This document shows positions 30,001-45,200 of a stretch of 64,000 nucleotides of DNA, one piece after another (the first letter of the stretch is position 1; each line of letters starts with the position of its first letter). The notes beneath the pieces were generated by a model. It had not been told where the DNA came from. It made no database searches and saw only the letters and a program-made list of their open reading frames with translations. A program made the position numbers and the translations under genes. The DNA is from Phoronis australis (taxonomy: Eukaryota > Animalia > Phoronida). The stretch spans positions 62,001-126,000 of the forward strand of contig NMRA01000673.1 of NCBI GenBank assembly GCA_002633005.1. The letters are read 5' to 3'.

Positions 30001-33000
30001 AACATAGAATTAAAAACAAATTTACCAACATACGAGATTAGCACAGCATTAGAATGCCAGAAACAAATTTCTACTTGGAACTTTTCCNNNNNNNNNNNNN
30101 NNNNNNNNNNNNNNNNNNNNNNNNNNNNNNNNNNNNNNNNNNNNNNNNNNNNNNNNNNNNNNNNNNNNNNNNNNNNNNNNNNNNNNNNNNNNNNNNNNNN
30201 NNNNNNNNNNNNNNNNNNNNNNNNNNNNNNNNNNNNNNNNNNNNNNNNNNNNNNNNNNNNNNNNNNNNNNNNNNNNNNNNNNNNNNNNNNNNNNNNNNNN
30301 NNNNNNNNNNNNNNNNNNNNNNNNNNNNNNNNNNNNNNNNNNNNNNNNNNNNNNNNNNNNNNNNNNNNNNNNNNNNNNNNNNNNNNNNNNNNNNNNNNNN
30401 NNNNNNNNNNNNNNNNNNNNNNNNNNNNNNNNNNNNNNNNNNNNNNNNNNNNNNNNNNNNNNNNNNNNNNNNNNNNNNNNNNNNNNNNNNNNNNNNNNNN
30501 NNNNNNNNNNNNNNNNNNNNNNNNNNNNNNNNNNNNNNNNNNNNNNNNNNNNNNNNNNNNNNNNNNNNNNNNNNNNNNNNNNNNNNNNNNNNNNNNNNNN
30601 NNNNNNNNNNNNNNNNNNNNNNNNNNNNNNNNNNNNNNNNNNNNNNNNNNNNNNNNNNNNNNNNNNNNNNNNNNNNNNNNNNNNNNNNNNNNNNNNNNNN
30701 NNNNNNNNNNNNNNNNNNNNNNNNNNNNNNNNNNNNNNNNNNNNNNNNNNNNNNNNNNNNNNNNNNNNNNNNNNNNNNNNNNNNNNNNNNNNNNNNNNNN
30801 NNNNNNNNNNNTAGGTGCCTACATACCAAATTTCATGAAAATCCGTTCAGGACTTTTGAAGATACAAAGGTAAGCGTAAAAAACTAAAATTGCCACTAGG
30901 GGGCACACCGGTAGTCGGATCCGTCAGAAAGTTCGCACATGCCGTCCCATTCATGAATGGAACATATGTGCCAAATTTCATGAACATATGTCAAAGGGTT
31001 TTGGAGATAGAGCAGCGGACGCCGGACGCCGGACAACGGACGCCGGACAGACGCCGCCCGCACGGACGGACGGACGGACGGACGGAGATGACGGCATAAT
31101 GCGTCCACATATAAATATGTGGGCGCATAAAAAGTAATTGCAGGCGGTATGTTACACGTCGTTTCAGGTGTGGGCAGGCTCATTGCACTGATGACCTGGA
31201 ACAATGTTTATGCTTTTTATTATGTAGGTAAAACCGTGCTGAGGAGCTAGAGATTTGACTCAGCGGTCCAGCAGTGTGCCTCAGTGGGAGTCGAGCCTTT
31301 GACAATAAACGGAAGAAGCAGATACGTATCCCACTAGGTACAATGCCACCTCCAAAGTGCGCAATGTAGAATATACATGGTGCAGTTTTGCAAATATTAC
31401 AAACATTGAAGACATTGACGTGATTAAATAACCAAAGGGATCACGCAGATACACGATACACATCATAATGTACAGTATTTTAACATTGAAATGTATTACT
31501 CAAGGGAAGCTATACTATGTTCCCCAATACAAAGTATTCACACCTTGTGAGAAGGAAGTTAACTACAGGCCAGGTTTCAATTGTACCACATACAAGATAG
31601 GAACCCAGACGTCGTCCTGCTAAGCTCCCCTATTGGAAATACCCAACATAACATACACCCTGTAACTGGTCAGCATATGCAATAGCATGAAGTTCAGTGA
31701 GGTTCAATGGAGTTCAACATATTTTGTGTTTTGCATAACAAAGACTTGCACAAAAATTACTTACTTTGAATTTCGACGTTGTCGATACACTCACGCTTTC
31801 ACTGTGCCATGTATCGCCTTGATTTCCAGTCTTATTGAAAAGTACGGTCTCTGCCCCGGACGACGAAATTAAGATGAGGCTTAGATCTCCCATGGCGCTG
31901 CCATACATGTTGTAATCAAACGAGAAACAATAGGTATTTCCTGCAAACCGAAATGTCAAACATCACATACATTTTTGCAAACAATGAACTTAAATTTATG
32001 GCCATGGAAATTGAATTTTGACAACAACAAACTCCTGACAAACTACATACACTATTATACAAAACGTGCTCGTCACCACCAATAGACATAACTAAACTAC
32101 ATCCAATTGACCTAACTGCCTTCTTTATTGTATTAATTTCCATGCACCAAACATTTTCATTAAGAATTCTAATTCTTTCAAACTTCGTCAGTTTACATGT
32201 TTTTGTTTGTCAAACATTTCAATTACCAGCATATCGATAACAAAGAGATTGAGTACCATTCACACGTGTGTCTCACGTGTGTGTGTCTTGCATATACTTT
32301 GGAAGCAATAGAGAGGAGATTAAAAGGTAACGTGCGTATATTTTCTACGAACGTAGCGGGAACACGACAACCAGAAACCTGTCATGATACGACTGTTTAC
32401 GAACTCTTTATTTCATATCTTACATAGAAATTATAATTGACAACGTATGACTAAAACGAAATGCACATGACATGTCACTAAAAACGTTGAGAGCAAGTAA
32501 AAATTACTTGAAGCCATTAAATTTCAAATTATTAGGCTGAACTTGGAAAAACTATCAGATGCAATATCGTCAGAACATTCTTAACAAACCCTAAATTTGC
32601 ACTGCCTAACCTTCAATGAAGGGCGTTTGTAGAACAGCGACATCGCCGGGATTTCGTGGGTAAGAGGCCTCCGCGTAGATGTAACCCGACGAATGAGCGG
32701 GGTTGTAGGCGCTAGGACCGGTACCCCATGTCGGCGTACCACCCTGTCGGATAATGACAAATTTATGTTATGAATACAAAGACACGGACATCGTTCATTA
32801 CAGCTGAGGCATACGATATTCATACATGTACATATAAATAGTGCTTGGGTGGGAGTCTCAGCGCCTATGGCAGTGAAAGTAGACGGGGCCACCGCTTCAA
32901 GCTGAGTTTTAAGAACTCCGAATAGTATGTAATTGATGATGGTGTAAGTGGCACTACTAGTGTTCGTCCATAAAATAGTAGTTTACATACTACTGGTACA

Positions 33001-36000
33001 TGTATGGTGTTGGATAAAAATTGACAAACACCACCGTTTCGATGGCCTTTTAATTAGGACAATTTCAATTCAGGATGTAATACCATGGTTGTCAAATTGC
33101 AAATCTAATAAAAACACCTGCACACAAAAATAAGCACGCCATTAGTTGAATCCTTTCAGAACATCAAGCTTCCTCTCCAAAGGACGACGTCACTGACATT
33201 CACCCAAGAAACTCCATGCAACGTCAATTTGAACAAACGTGCATGTACAAAGAGTTTTGAAAAAAGATTAAAAATCATCAGAGATAAACGTACCTGGCGG
33301 GGAACCCAGTCAAACTGATCGTCTTTACTCTGTCCCCACGCGCAGAGTTTGGAGTCGTCGAAATTGCACGTGACGGATGTGTCTGCAAATTCATGAGATG
33401 TGAGCCACCAAACTGCTTCCACTGGTCAGCGTACTGACAGAAGTGCAACCTTACAATCCTACTGCACGAGTGTTCAAATAGGTTTAGCTAAGTAATTACA
33501 TGTATGAACGGTTCAGTCTCAAAAGAGTTAGCGTGACTATTCTGCTTCCTTCGACTGGGCCTAGTATTCATCTCCATAATAACGAGAAGTCCGGGGCTTA
33601 AACTGATGATGACGTAAAACGTGCTGTCGTGATCGTCAATTCCGTTTTCAATTAAGATATATACACTCCACGCGTTTGTTGAAAACAAAACTTGCTTCGT
33701 TTAGTAATGTTTTGACAACTGAAGCAACGAAAGAAAACTTTTAACAAATTTAACACTTCGAAAGTTCGCTTACTTTTACCACAGGACCGGTTGCGTAAAC
33801 AAGAAAAGATCTCGTTGGAGTACAGGTGCCAAGCCAATGTTACGAGCGACCCTTCCGCATCCAAGAGAGGAGCTTTGTGAAATTTATAATCTTGAAAGCT
33901 CCTACGAGGCGCATGGTGTTTTGAAATGAGATTTCTCATCTACTGGGAATGTACGTTCAGAAATCAAACACTGCAGTATTTCCAGTAAGTGTTAATGACT
34001 CGCAGATATCGACTGCAAGCCTACAAGTAGGGTCAAGGACAAATGTACCGTATTACTTTCTTATTTTTTACTGTATTTATGGAGATTTAATGTCGTAATT
34101 ATATTTGAGTTGTGAGGTAACGTACAATCCGTGAGTGTGTCGCAATGCGTTCCTTGGAGCCCTGCCCAGCATTCACACGTCGGTTGAGGCCCGGCGAGCG
34201 AACACGTCGTACGTGAAGGGCATTTCAAACACGGGTCTGGAAGGTAGAATATCATCCAATAGATTACGGCATAAGAAGCCCATTGACGATAAGACAGAAT
34301 GTATCTGTATCAACAACTATAATATGAACATACGCTGTATAACCTACATGCATGTACATGTACATTTACATGTAACGTTTGGTGCTCATGTACATGTAGA
34401 TGAGGGATGCATTTATTAATGGTTGCTTTGGGAAAGTCACGTATTGTCATCGTCGGAAGATCATGGAACTTGAATTATATACGTTCACTGGAGCGTCAAT
34501 AAAATATCATGCACTAATCTCAAAATGGAGTTTCTCTCCCAAATAAATAAGCTTGTAGAATGTAACTTCTCGCAGTGCAAACAACTGTCATAGAGCGCAA
34601 CATTATTTACTTTCAGGAGCAAGCCCGTCTTCAAAAACATTAACTGCGTCACTGATAATAACTGGGTCAGGGTTAATGTTTCGAACTGTTAGAGGTCTTA
34701 CCCAGGTTTGTAATTGCACGTGCAGTAAACGAAAACCCCTTGCTTGATGATCCACCACCATGTGTGTCGAATACCAGCATCATCTCCGTTGCATTGTGGT
34801 CAAGAAACGTGTGCGCTTGCTGTGGTGCTTGCTCCATGTGCCCACAGTACCTGGTAAGAAATGCTGACATTTTTAACTTGACGGGACAACTGAAAAAGCC
34901 ATTCTCTTGGTCCAAAAAGTAGATGTCGCCAACGAGAACAAAACAGACGCCTTAGACGGCTGACCCGTGGAAACGGGCTTAGTCAATGAAGCGCTGTCAC
35001 TTCGAGTTTTTGCGCAGCAAACAGCGGGTATAATGGACTATGATATTGAACCATGTGCCGCCATGGTGGTGGCTGCCGTCCGAGTGGCTTTCCAGGACGT
35101 GGATATGGAAAGAACATGTCAGTTAGATTGGGATTATGCCCTCTCACACCCTGATCGGTTTATATTGCCTCGACTGCGTAAAGAAAGGAGCGGCGGTGGA
35201 ACTTAACAAATACAGAGGATATCATACCCATTGTATGGATGCACTGCTGTTTGTATCCAATAGAAAATAAATCATTTTTTAATATCTTTAAATATACGCC
35301 AATATTTACTTTCAATTTGATACAATCTCCAATATCATAACGGCCATTAACAATGCCTTCAAACGCAAGAAACAACTTTCGATTCAGCTCATTTAGTGCG
35401 ATGGAATTAGTCTTAAAATGCCCGTTAGGCAGACTTGATGTCACCATAGAAAGAACTGGCAATCTGTTATTGTTCGAGACCAGTTACACCAATTTGACTT
35501 CTCACTGAGTGTCATTTTGTGCACCAATAATGGTTTCACGGAAAAAATCAACAGTTCTATGCAAACCCTGCAACCACTTCCTGTCTAAGTGAGCTACACA
35601 ATTAATCCGGTAAGATATCTCGACTAAAATATCGCTACTTGGGTAAAGAATCTGTTTATATCTGTTGTATCTCTTTAAACCAGACAACTCAATGCTTTGG
35701 AAATAAACATCATCTTACTGAGCCGGTAGGTATGACTTACTCGTCAGGCGACTTAAGCCCATTTTAAATGATTGTGTTTACGTCTAATTGTATATTTACA
35801 CTCGTGTGCAGATTTACGTACAGTGCGTATTTCTGAAGTAAAAATGTAAATATACTCTTGTATAAAGCTATACCCGAGTGTATAATTTCATGTAAATGTA
35901 AAAGTAAATTTACACACGTGCAAAAATACACATAGCACATGTGAGCCCAACATGTATTTATTCATGGGTGTAAAACCACGATAAGACTTATCCAAAAGTG

Positions 36001-36162
36001 CCATGACAAAATTATTTCTGTGTTCTCATCTTTCCTTAATGTAACACCAATTCCCTTTAAACATGCAAAAGGTCCGTTGTGTGTGATTTGGTAGGGTCTT
36101 TTGGTGAAACGTTGCTGCTGTCGCTTCTGCAGCTGATGCTGCTGTTGCTGCTACTGCTGTTG

Positions 36163-36233
<71 letters not shown>

Positions 36234-39200
36234 GCTTCAGATGGTACTGGTGCTGCTGTTGCTGGTGCTGTTGCTGCTGTTGCTGGTGCTGCTGCTGCTC
36301 TAGTAACAAGACAAAAAATGGAATACTAGTACCATGCTGTTGAGAAATAAAACAGCATACAGTGTTTCGAAAGCGATCGCGACTTCTATCTGCATCAATA
36401 CTAAACCGCCGCTATAGTTAAATTTCGAATTTAACCTTCCAAGTGATGTTCTTGTGGAAGTTTTGTGCAGCATGAACTATCATGCAATCGGCTGTGGCGA
36501 TGCAAAGTTCGGGCATGCACGGTCAGGAAAACACCTGCTTCATAACTCCACCAGTCTGTGAACAGTACGGTTACCAAATCACGTAATCTATGCACCGACT
36601 ACGACTTGACTCCAACCTGACAGGTGGATTGTCTTGATCGTTTGAAATATGTTCTAGGAACACTTGACAACACGAATGATTCTGTGGAAGGGCATCTATT
36701 TGACGATTGCCAAAGCACCCTTAGTCTAATGACATATGTGTTCTCACTGACATAAGTCCGTCGATCGTTCCTAATATACATCTGTATACTGTACCATAGG
36801 TCCTGCTTGCCGTTTGCGAGATACTGTAGTTGCAAAAGTAATCCCTGGGGAGTGATACTTGCGATTAGGCAGGGCTACCTAGACTAAAATCAATTGTTCC
36901 AGAAGGACGTTCTTCTTACTAGCAAACGTTGCCTGAATTTGAAATGTATAGAGCAATGGGCACAAATGTGGCTTTTCTTTTTCCCTATACGAACGAAATG
37001 AAAATTTAAATGTACACCCGCCGGTGTAGATTTGCATACAGTACGGTGTCTATTTACACAAGGGAATAAATATGCTGGGTATCAATAATTTTTCAATTAA
37101 CAACTGTGGAGAAAAACCTCCCACCTTCAATCAATAGTTTTATTTTTGCCCGCTGACGTACAGGTAACCAAAATTATACACAGCGTTGGGAAATTGTCGT
37201 TGGCGGCCGCAGAGAAGGGGGAGCGATTGCTGAAATAAGTAACAGATGTCAACCTGTGATGTCATCTGTAATGAACAGTGGGAGAAAATTGAAATTGAAA
37301 TTTGTCGGAAAACTTTTTCAATGAGCAGGGGAGTAATAGATCCGCTGTGCCCACACCTCAGCTATGTCAGCATTGGCTACCTCTCGTGAGAAGTAAGAAG
37401 TTTAAAATACGTACTTACCTTCAGAAACGGGTTTGTGATAGTGCATACAATTACATTGTTAGAACGGTGGTGTGTCTGCTAAGCAGTTGTCAAAATACAA
37501 TTTTGTGTATCACTTTGTAATACTAAGCTTGGCAATTAATACTGTGTGAAAAGTAGTTTTCAAAACTGATTTTCTATCATGTGGTGTTGCGACGGGTATC
37601 TGAGTAAATTTAACCACAAAAAACTTCATAAGACATTGAGAAAAAGGCTCGTTTGCAGGAATGAATCTTGTAATTGACCCATTCTAGTGTCAAGGAGACC
37701 TCTCACCTCCTATGAGTTGATGTAAAATCCTATGGTGCGAATTTTGCATGATCACGTGGGAACTTGTTTGTCATGTGATGCTGTCTATACTCTCGATTCA
37801 TGCCAGTGAGAGAGGGTGTAGATGGCTACTTACAATGAAGAGTTAAGACCTTCCTTTAGCACTTCATTTGGGTCCAGATACATACTGTTTTCAGCATGTC
37901 ACGAGAATTTTGACAGTGTCACTAAACACAAAATTTTGCACGTTACCGGAATTCCACTAGGATTTTGCATCAACCAGTGGAAGGAGACGAGATGTGTCGA
38001 AGGCACTAGGAATATGTAAACATTCAGTACAGCAGACAAGTATCTCAATGTATATTAAGTACAAAGTCAATATATGGACAACGAAACTTCCAATTAGGTA
38101 GATATGGCATAGAGTTTCCGATATCATTATGTCACACAATACAACTTCATTCAGTAGCAGAAACTGATTACATACTTGACTCCCTTTTGTCCAATCAGGT
38201 TTGCATTTATCTCCAGGCTGTGGACGCAATTGTCAATGGCTGCGTCATCAAACACCTCAAAGTCATCAAAGGTAACAATGATTCCACTGTCAGTTTCCTG
38301 GGGACCCTGTGGTATTGAAATGACAGTAGACAACATGAAGCAGATGTTCAGCCAAAATGTACAGTGTATTGCTCAGCAACAAGCAGTTATCTTTTGAGAC
38401 CATCTACACTTTTGCTCAAGTGAGACTCACATGGTTTTCAGAAATTGTTGCGTGGACCATTATGTCAAATTAATGCGTGGAGCATCATGTCACGTTTGTA
38501 ACTTTCCCAGGGCTCTTGGTTTCTAACTCGGACTGCAAAATAATTTTAAAAATTTCTTTTCAACATGTAATTTAATGTGAGCTAATGATGCTTTTCTATG
38601 ATTAAATGCAAAATTAATTGCCAAATTTTAAAGGGTCTTAACAATGTCGTGAATGCCCAAAACTTTTCAAAACTTTGCATGCATGGCAGCTGTGGAACAA
38701 AACGGAATATTATTTATTATATAAGTTGACGCTATTTATTTTTATGGGAAGTACTGTGAAAAAAATTACTCGTCGGCCATATCGTGCCCTAAATCTCTGA
38801 GATTTGATCTAATGTCGCACTTCACAACAACTTGATTCGAGGTATAAACCGAAGTAACCGAGTGCGTCTTACGATGGGTCATCGACAGGGAACAAAAAGC
38901 CCATTGTTTCAGAAGCTTATCTTACGTTCTTTCTGATGTGGAGAGGAAACTGTAGAAACGACATCTTAAAATGTTTAAAATATGTCATACAGTTTTAAAA
39001 TCTAACTTAAACTTGTCTCAAATCCTTTCCAAGAAGGTAATCCTACATGTAAGTCTGATTTCAGTTTTTAACTTGCGATTTGTTTTAATACTGACTAGCT
39101 ACTTGATAAAAAAGTTTTAAAATTTGGAAGTTGAGAAAAATCCTCATACTTAAGTAAAAATTAACTTTGGTCAGATTCTTAGATCGTGCCCCAGACTTCG

Positions 39201-42200
39201 ATCCTTGATCGTGTTTTCGGAAGATGATGCCTAAAGGTGTCAAATAACGTGATTTTGTTGTTTGACATGTACAGGCACTTGGAGCTGATTACAATTAATT
39301 ATTATGGAATCGTATGTATCAAGTTTGTGAATTCATGTGAAAGCTGTGACATGACGTAACTTGCTTATACATTAACGGCTGGAATGAAACGCGTGCAAAT
39401 TTGATCATCAATTGTGACAACTCATTTGAATTCTTGTCACTTATCAATGGTAAATGATAACTAGCATTTTTGAAAGACGCTATGAACGATGGACACACTG
39501 ATTTCAAGCTGATGGTCATTCATTATTAGCCTCGTGTGAATCCATATCAATCACAACGGGGGATCAAGTATGAAAAACTTGGTCATTTCTGAGTTCTATA
39601 GGGCACGGAATAGAGTTTTGTGAGAAACGTTGTCATTGTTTGCGAAGTACTGACACTTGGTTCGGCAATTGGAGAACGGTAACGAGCAGTTAAACTCCTC
39701 CTCGTGTAGACTGCATGGGGCTTTTCCAAATATGTTTGCCAGTTCATGGCTCACTTGAAACATTCATGCATATCTAGTGCATTTGTTTGGAAAATATTAG
39801 TGCGGCGCAGCCAAACCTGTCGGAACGGTTCCGTCACTCATGAATGCGTTTTAATTATTAAATTGGCAATACGTTGACGTAGATAACCATTGGCTTAGTC
39901 CTAACTCCAGAGCAAATTGATTGTAATGAGGGGCGTCGATAACATTTTCTGTGAGAGCTTAAAGTGACCTTGGTGGCTAAGAGCTGGCAAGGGCGTCAGC
40001 GACCGAGAGGAAGAATCTGTTGGCGACCGTTGTATTGATAAGGAGGTGTAAGCAGTGAACGCTGGCGATGTCGACTGTAATAGAACTAGCGATAATACAA
40101 GTAACAAGCCCATTGTTTACGGATGATTAAGTCTTGCTGTGGGTGATAAGTTGTGACAAGTGTCGTAATGCTGGTGACGATGGTGACGGTGGCGAAGATA
40201 CGTGTTGTGTTCACAGCGGCTGTCGCCATTAGCTTAGATCAGTTACTAGTCATGGGCTATGAGGACCTAACAAACAACCAGTAGGGAGAAGGTGACAAAA
40301 TGCATCGAGTGGATATAGAACGCACAAGAATCCAATCAAAGTTGTACACTAGATACAAGTATAGTGGCAACACTGCCATCGCAATATCAGGAATCACGCT
40401 CCTACATGTACTTTTGAACAATGCACTTGATGTCATGCGCCACTAAAATTTACGTGACGGTTATCAGATGGCGTGTTTTGATTATTGTCTCCACAACCAC
40501 TTACATATCTCCCCATTCGTAAAGCTCAAACAGTACATGTGATACTCACCCGGATTACGTACACACACTTCTTATTCAGCGGATAGTTGTTTGGGTATCC
40601 AGGGCTCACAATTTTCACCATCTCGCCTTCTGTGCCGAGGTTGTACACTCCTCCGCACTCTGGGTAATCTGAAAACATTTTTTTTATCATTGTCACCTTA
40701 CCTCCGCTGTTGGTAGGAGAAACAAGTGTCAGTTAAGTGACAGTGACGGCAACACGCTAATGGCATTTGTGGGTAAAAGTAGAGTTGGTAAACTGTGCAC
40801 TGTACGGGCTTCGAACCATAGGGCGCTGGGGGGACTATAGCCCCCACTTTTTTCAGTGCTACGTCGCACATGACCTACAGGTGGTGCACCACGGGGGGGG
40901 GGCTAAGAGGGCTTTAGCCCCACATTTTCAGTTCTGGGCCGCCCATGAACCAGTGTAGGCCACGTGGAGGTGGTGATGGTAGTGCTAGTGTCTTAGGTAG
41001 GAGTGGTGGTCGTAATCTTAGCAATGGCGATAGTGTGGGTGACATTGGCACTTTTAGCGGAGATGATATAGTGGCTGGTGACGTAATGGCTGATATTGCC
41101 ACGTATACGGTACAATATGAGAATGTTCTGATACGTGCTTTTGTCTTTACTACTTCTCCTACTTCCCCCGTTATTTTTGCCACGCTATGTTAGTATCTCA
41201 ACTATTGATGTATTTGCCACACTCGATGATTGTTGTTTTATTTGATTTATCAACGAGAGCAACTTACCGGAAAAATTTGGATCGATAGTGTTACAATCTC
41301 CAGTCAAACCCCGTGGACATTTGCACCCGCAAGCTCCGGATGCGCTTTTAAATGGATAGCCATGGTTAAAACAAACGTCAGTACAGTCACCTGTCAAGAA
41401 GAAATATACCTACATGTACGTGTACGCATACATTGTGGTCCCACTTTCATGTTCTCGTTTAAAGCATTGAATTATCACCGTTTTATATGTACTACAGTGC
41501 AGTTAACAACACATTGAAGCTTGCCTTTCCATTTTCACTTGCACTTTACACGATAAACCGGATCAGGCTAAGAAGTGAACTTTTGTCATGAATGATATTC
41601 GTTTATTGGTTTACCTTTGCAGTTGTAGACGAGGTTTGCCATTTTAGCGTCGTAGAAAGTTAATCCGTTCCTGCTTCCTGGTAAAAAATCTAGTTCCTCA
41701 TTCTTCACTCTGATTGTTGGCAGACCATTGATATTAAATGCCTGGAAATAACATAAAAACTTGGTGCACATAACTGGAGCAGGGGGCAGGGTCTAATTTT
41801 TGTGCTCAAAGTCTTAACTTGAAATCAGTTTAGCGTTTTGCTCTACTTTTCCTAGAACTCAAAGTAAAGAGTCTAGAATCTATGCTCGATTACATTATGG
41901 TTTACACATGCATATCTAGTCAAGGTTGGAACATATTCTTGATACCACAATCTTCGAAAAAATAAACGTTGTAAGTTTAGACACGAACGTTTAGCCTTTT
42001 TAGCCTTAATGCTGGGATCGTCATGAGCACACTAGGTTGAAAATGTTGTCCATGTAAGTCATTATGTGCAAGAGACCAGAATTATAGACACGCACATGTA
42101 CCTTGAGCCTCCCGAACTGAAAATGTCTAAAATAATTCCAAGATTGACCACGACTTTTAAAATACATTTTCCCCTGCCACTGGAGATTACAGACACATGT

Positions 42201-45200
42201 ACGAAGCATGGTACAGTTACCGGGATTTTCCTTAATTAATAAGCACATGGGAGTGTAGTCGGAAAATGAACTTTTTTAGGCGTTTTGGTAACACCAAAAT
42301 AAACGCCCGGGCGTTTATTCAGAAAAGGGGGGCTTGTGAACGGAAAGTCAGATTTTGCTGATTTTGACATCTTTACCTAAAACTGTAATTTTAAATTTCA
42401 TGTTAAGAAATGCGTGGTTCGCCAACAACTTGTTTGTTCTTGTAAACGACAAATGTTCCGAAAAACTGATTTTGAAACAAAAAGTTGACGCATTTAACAA
42501 GAAATTGTCCAAATAAACCCCATCCTCTTTGTTTGAACACTTGACACCAAAAGTTGTAACAATAAATAAACGCCCGAATAAACGCTCATGGACGTTTGAT
42601 CGGGTATTGCTATCTGCGGTAAGTACCGGTACATATTTTCCCTAAACAGTGACGACTGCACACAGTTAAAATCTCGAACAAACATGATAGTATTTTGCAG
42701 TTAAATCATTTTGGACCTTCGTGTTCGCGAATTGCAGTCACCTGCAGCTAACTTAGTGACTTCTATGTCACACAACAGGCAGCTTTTTCAAAACATTTAG
42801 TAAAAGCCCGAAGACTCCTAACGTAACTCACGTATAAGCTGTAGTGCATATCACTCTCAAGATCATATTCTACTTGCACAGAAGTCACACTTTTGTCGAA
42901 ATTGTATGTTCTGTTGGGATTAATGTTATTCCACAGAATCTCCACAAACTGGTCACGGTCACTTCTTGATTGCTCGTGCGCAAACCCCATAGCATGACCG
43001 AGCTCATGAGCAATGATTCCAAGCTGAAATGCAGACACAATAGGATATACATGCAAGAGTATGTGGTGAGGAAGGTAGCGGTTGGCTGACGGGTTTGAGC
43101 TACCACTAAGTTTAACGAAATCCGCTGTTTAGCCTACAGCAGGCAATCCAGGAACATAAAACATGTGTTTGAAGTGGTTGCTGAACAGCCGCTGTTCTCA
43201 AATGCAGAGTATGTCGACTTCATTAAAACAGTGCTGCAGCTGTTTGTCACACAGGCACGTACCGCATTTCATTTTTGAAATAAATGGTGCAGGGCTAAAA
43301 ATAACAAGAGCAAACGGTGTGCTTCTAGGGGTGTTTATTTGTATCATAAAAATGGCCAAAAATGGCGCAGAATATGTCGACTCCGTCGGAAAACGAAAAC
43401 ATGTCATATTTTTTTTAACAGAAAGCGATTTACAAAATTTCATACAAGAGCAACGCGGAGCGTTGAAATGCGCCTACGAATGCATTGCAAATGGTGTGCT
43501 TTTAGGGTTATTTATTTGTATAATAAAAATGGCCACTAGATGGCGCAAGAACATACAATCCATCCAAAAACAAGAACATATCATATTTCATAAAAATCTG
43601 TCAAAGAACTTCAGAGAAACAAAGCGAAACAGAATAAAATGAAATTGCCACTAGTGGGCACAGTTTCCGTTGGATCCGCTTGAAAGTTGTCGTCATCGGT
43701 TATTATCTTCATATAAATACAATAACTAAATTAAGTTAAAGATCCTGCTGTGGGTTTAGGAGATACAACTATGGGCCCAAAACAAAACTACCACTAGGAG
43801 GCACCACAGTAGTCAGTCACCATCATCAAAGGTCGTCTTCACACTGAGACCATATATGCCAATTTTCAAATGATTTGGTTGATACAGGGGTGGACGCCGA
43901 AAACAAGATTTGAAAACAACCAAAATGGCCAGAAGGTGGTGTAAAATACCTAGATTCCATCCAAAAGCAGGAAGATAGCGTCATCACACCAATAGATGCC
44001 TATATTTCAAATTTTATGAAAATCTGTTGAGGACCTTTGAAGATACAGAGTTAAACGTAAAAACTAAAATTGCCACTAGGGGGCATAGCAGTAGTCCGAT
44101 CTGTCCAAAAGTCGTCGTCATCTGAATTCAACATCATATAAATACACTTGCTAAATTAAGTAAACATCCTGCGACCGGTTTTGGAGATACAGCCACAGGC
44201 GCAAACAAACAAAAATGCCACTAGGAGGCGCCACGGTAGTCGAAATCGTCTTAAAATTATCGTCAACCGTCCTCTTTAAAATAAGCACATACATGCCATT
44301 TTTCACAATCATCCTTTGAGAGGTTTGGTTGATAGAGGGGTGGACGCAAAAATGAGACTAAAAAGTAGTAAAAATGGCCACTAGGTGGCGCAAACTACGT
44401 CCAATCCATCCGAAAACAAGAGTCAAGCGTCATCTCACTAATATGTGCCCACATACAAAATTTCATGAAAATCCGTTAAGGATTTTTGAAGATACAAAGG
44501 TAAGCGTAAAAAACTAAAATTGTCACTAAGGGGCCCACCAGTAGTCGGATCCGTTCGAAAATTCGCTCGTGCCGTCCCATTTATGAAAGGAACACATGTG
44601 CAAAATTTCATGAACATACCTCAATTGGTTTTGGAGATAAAGCAGCGGACGCCGGACGCCGGCCGGACGGACGGACGGACGGACGGATGGACTTACGTAC
44701 GGACGGACGGACGGACGCAGATGACTGCAAAATGGGTCCACATATAAATATGTGGACGCATAAAAAAGCCGTCAAGGAAATTCAGGGAAACAGGAGAAAA
44801 TAAAATTGCCCCTAGGGTGCACTGCGTTAGTCGGATCCGTCTGAAAGTCGTTGTCGTCAGTTGCCAAGTTGATATAACAACATAAATACACTAGCTGAAT
44901 TTAAAAAAAAGATCTTGCAATCGGTTTAGGAGATACAGCTATGTGCGCAATAACTGCAATATAGGAGGCGCCACAGTAGTCAACCGTCCTGTTCACTCCA
45001 AGAACATATATGTCAATTGCTTTTCACAATCATGGTTGTGGTTTGGTTGATAGATGGACAGACGCAATTTGTCATCCGTCGTCTGCTTCATAGGAACTCA
45101 TCTGCCATATCTTATCAGTATACTGTGAGGTCTTTAGCATATACATGTACAGCTCCGGAGTCTGGACGCCCACACACACACACACGGCAATATGAAATCA

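Noticed and set aside
30054-30887. Long 277-aa and 252-aa ORFs
   Set aside because: Artefacts of translating through the N gap
36079-36303. Poly-Leu ORF resembling a signal or transmembrane peptide
   Set aside because: Translation of the CTG microsatellite on the non-coding strand
39900-41190. Ser/Pro/Thr-rich minus-strand ORFs at 39901-40113 and 40914-41183 as extra linker exons
   Set aside because: Decayed trinucleotide-like low-complexity sequence with no convincing splice sites, and the flanking exons already join in phase
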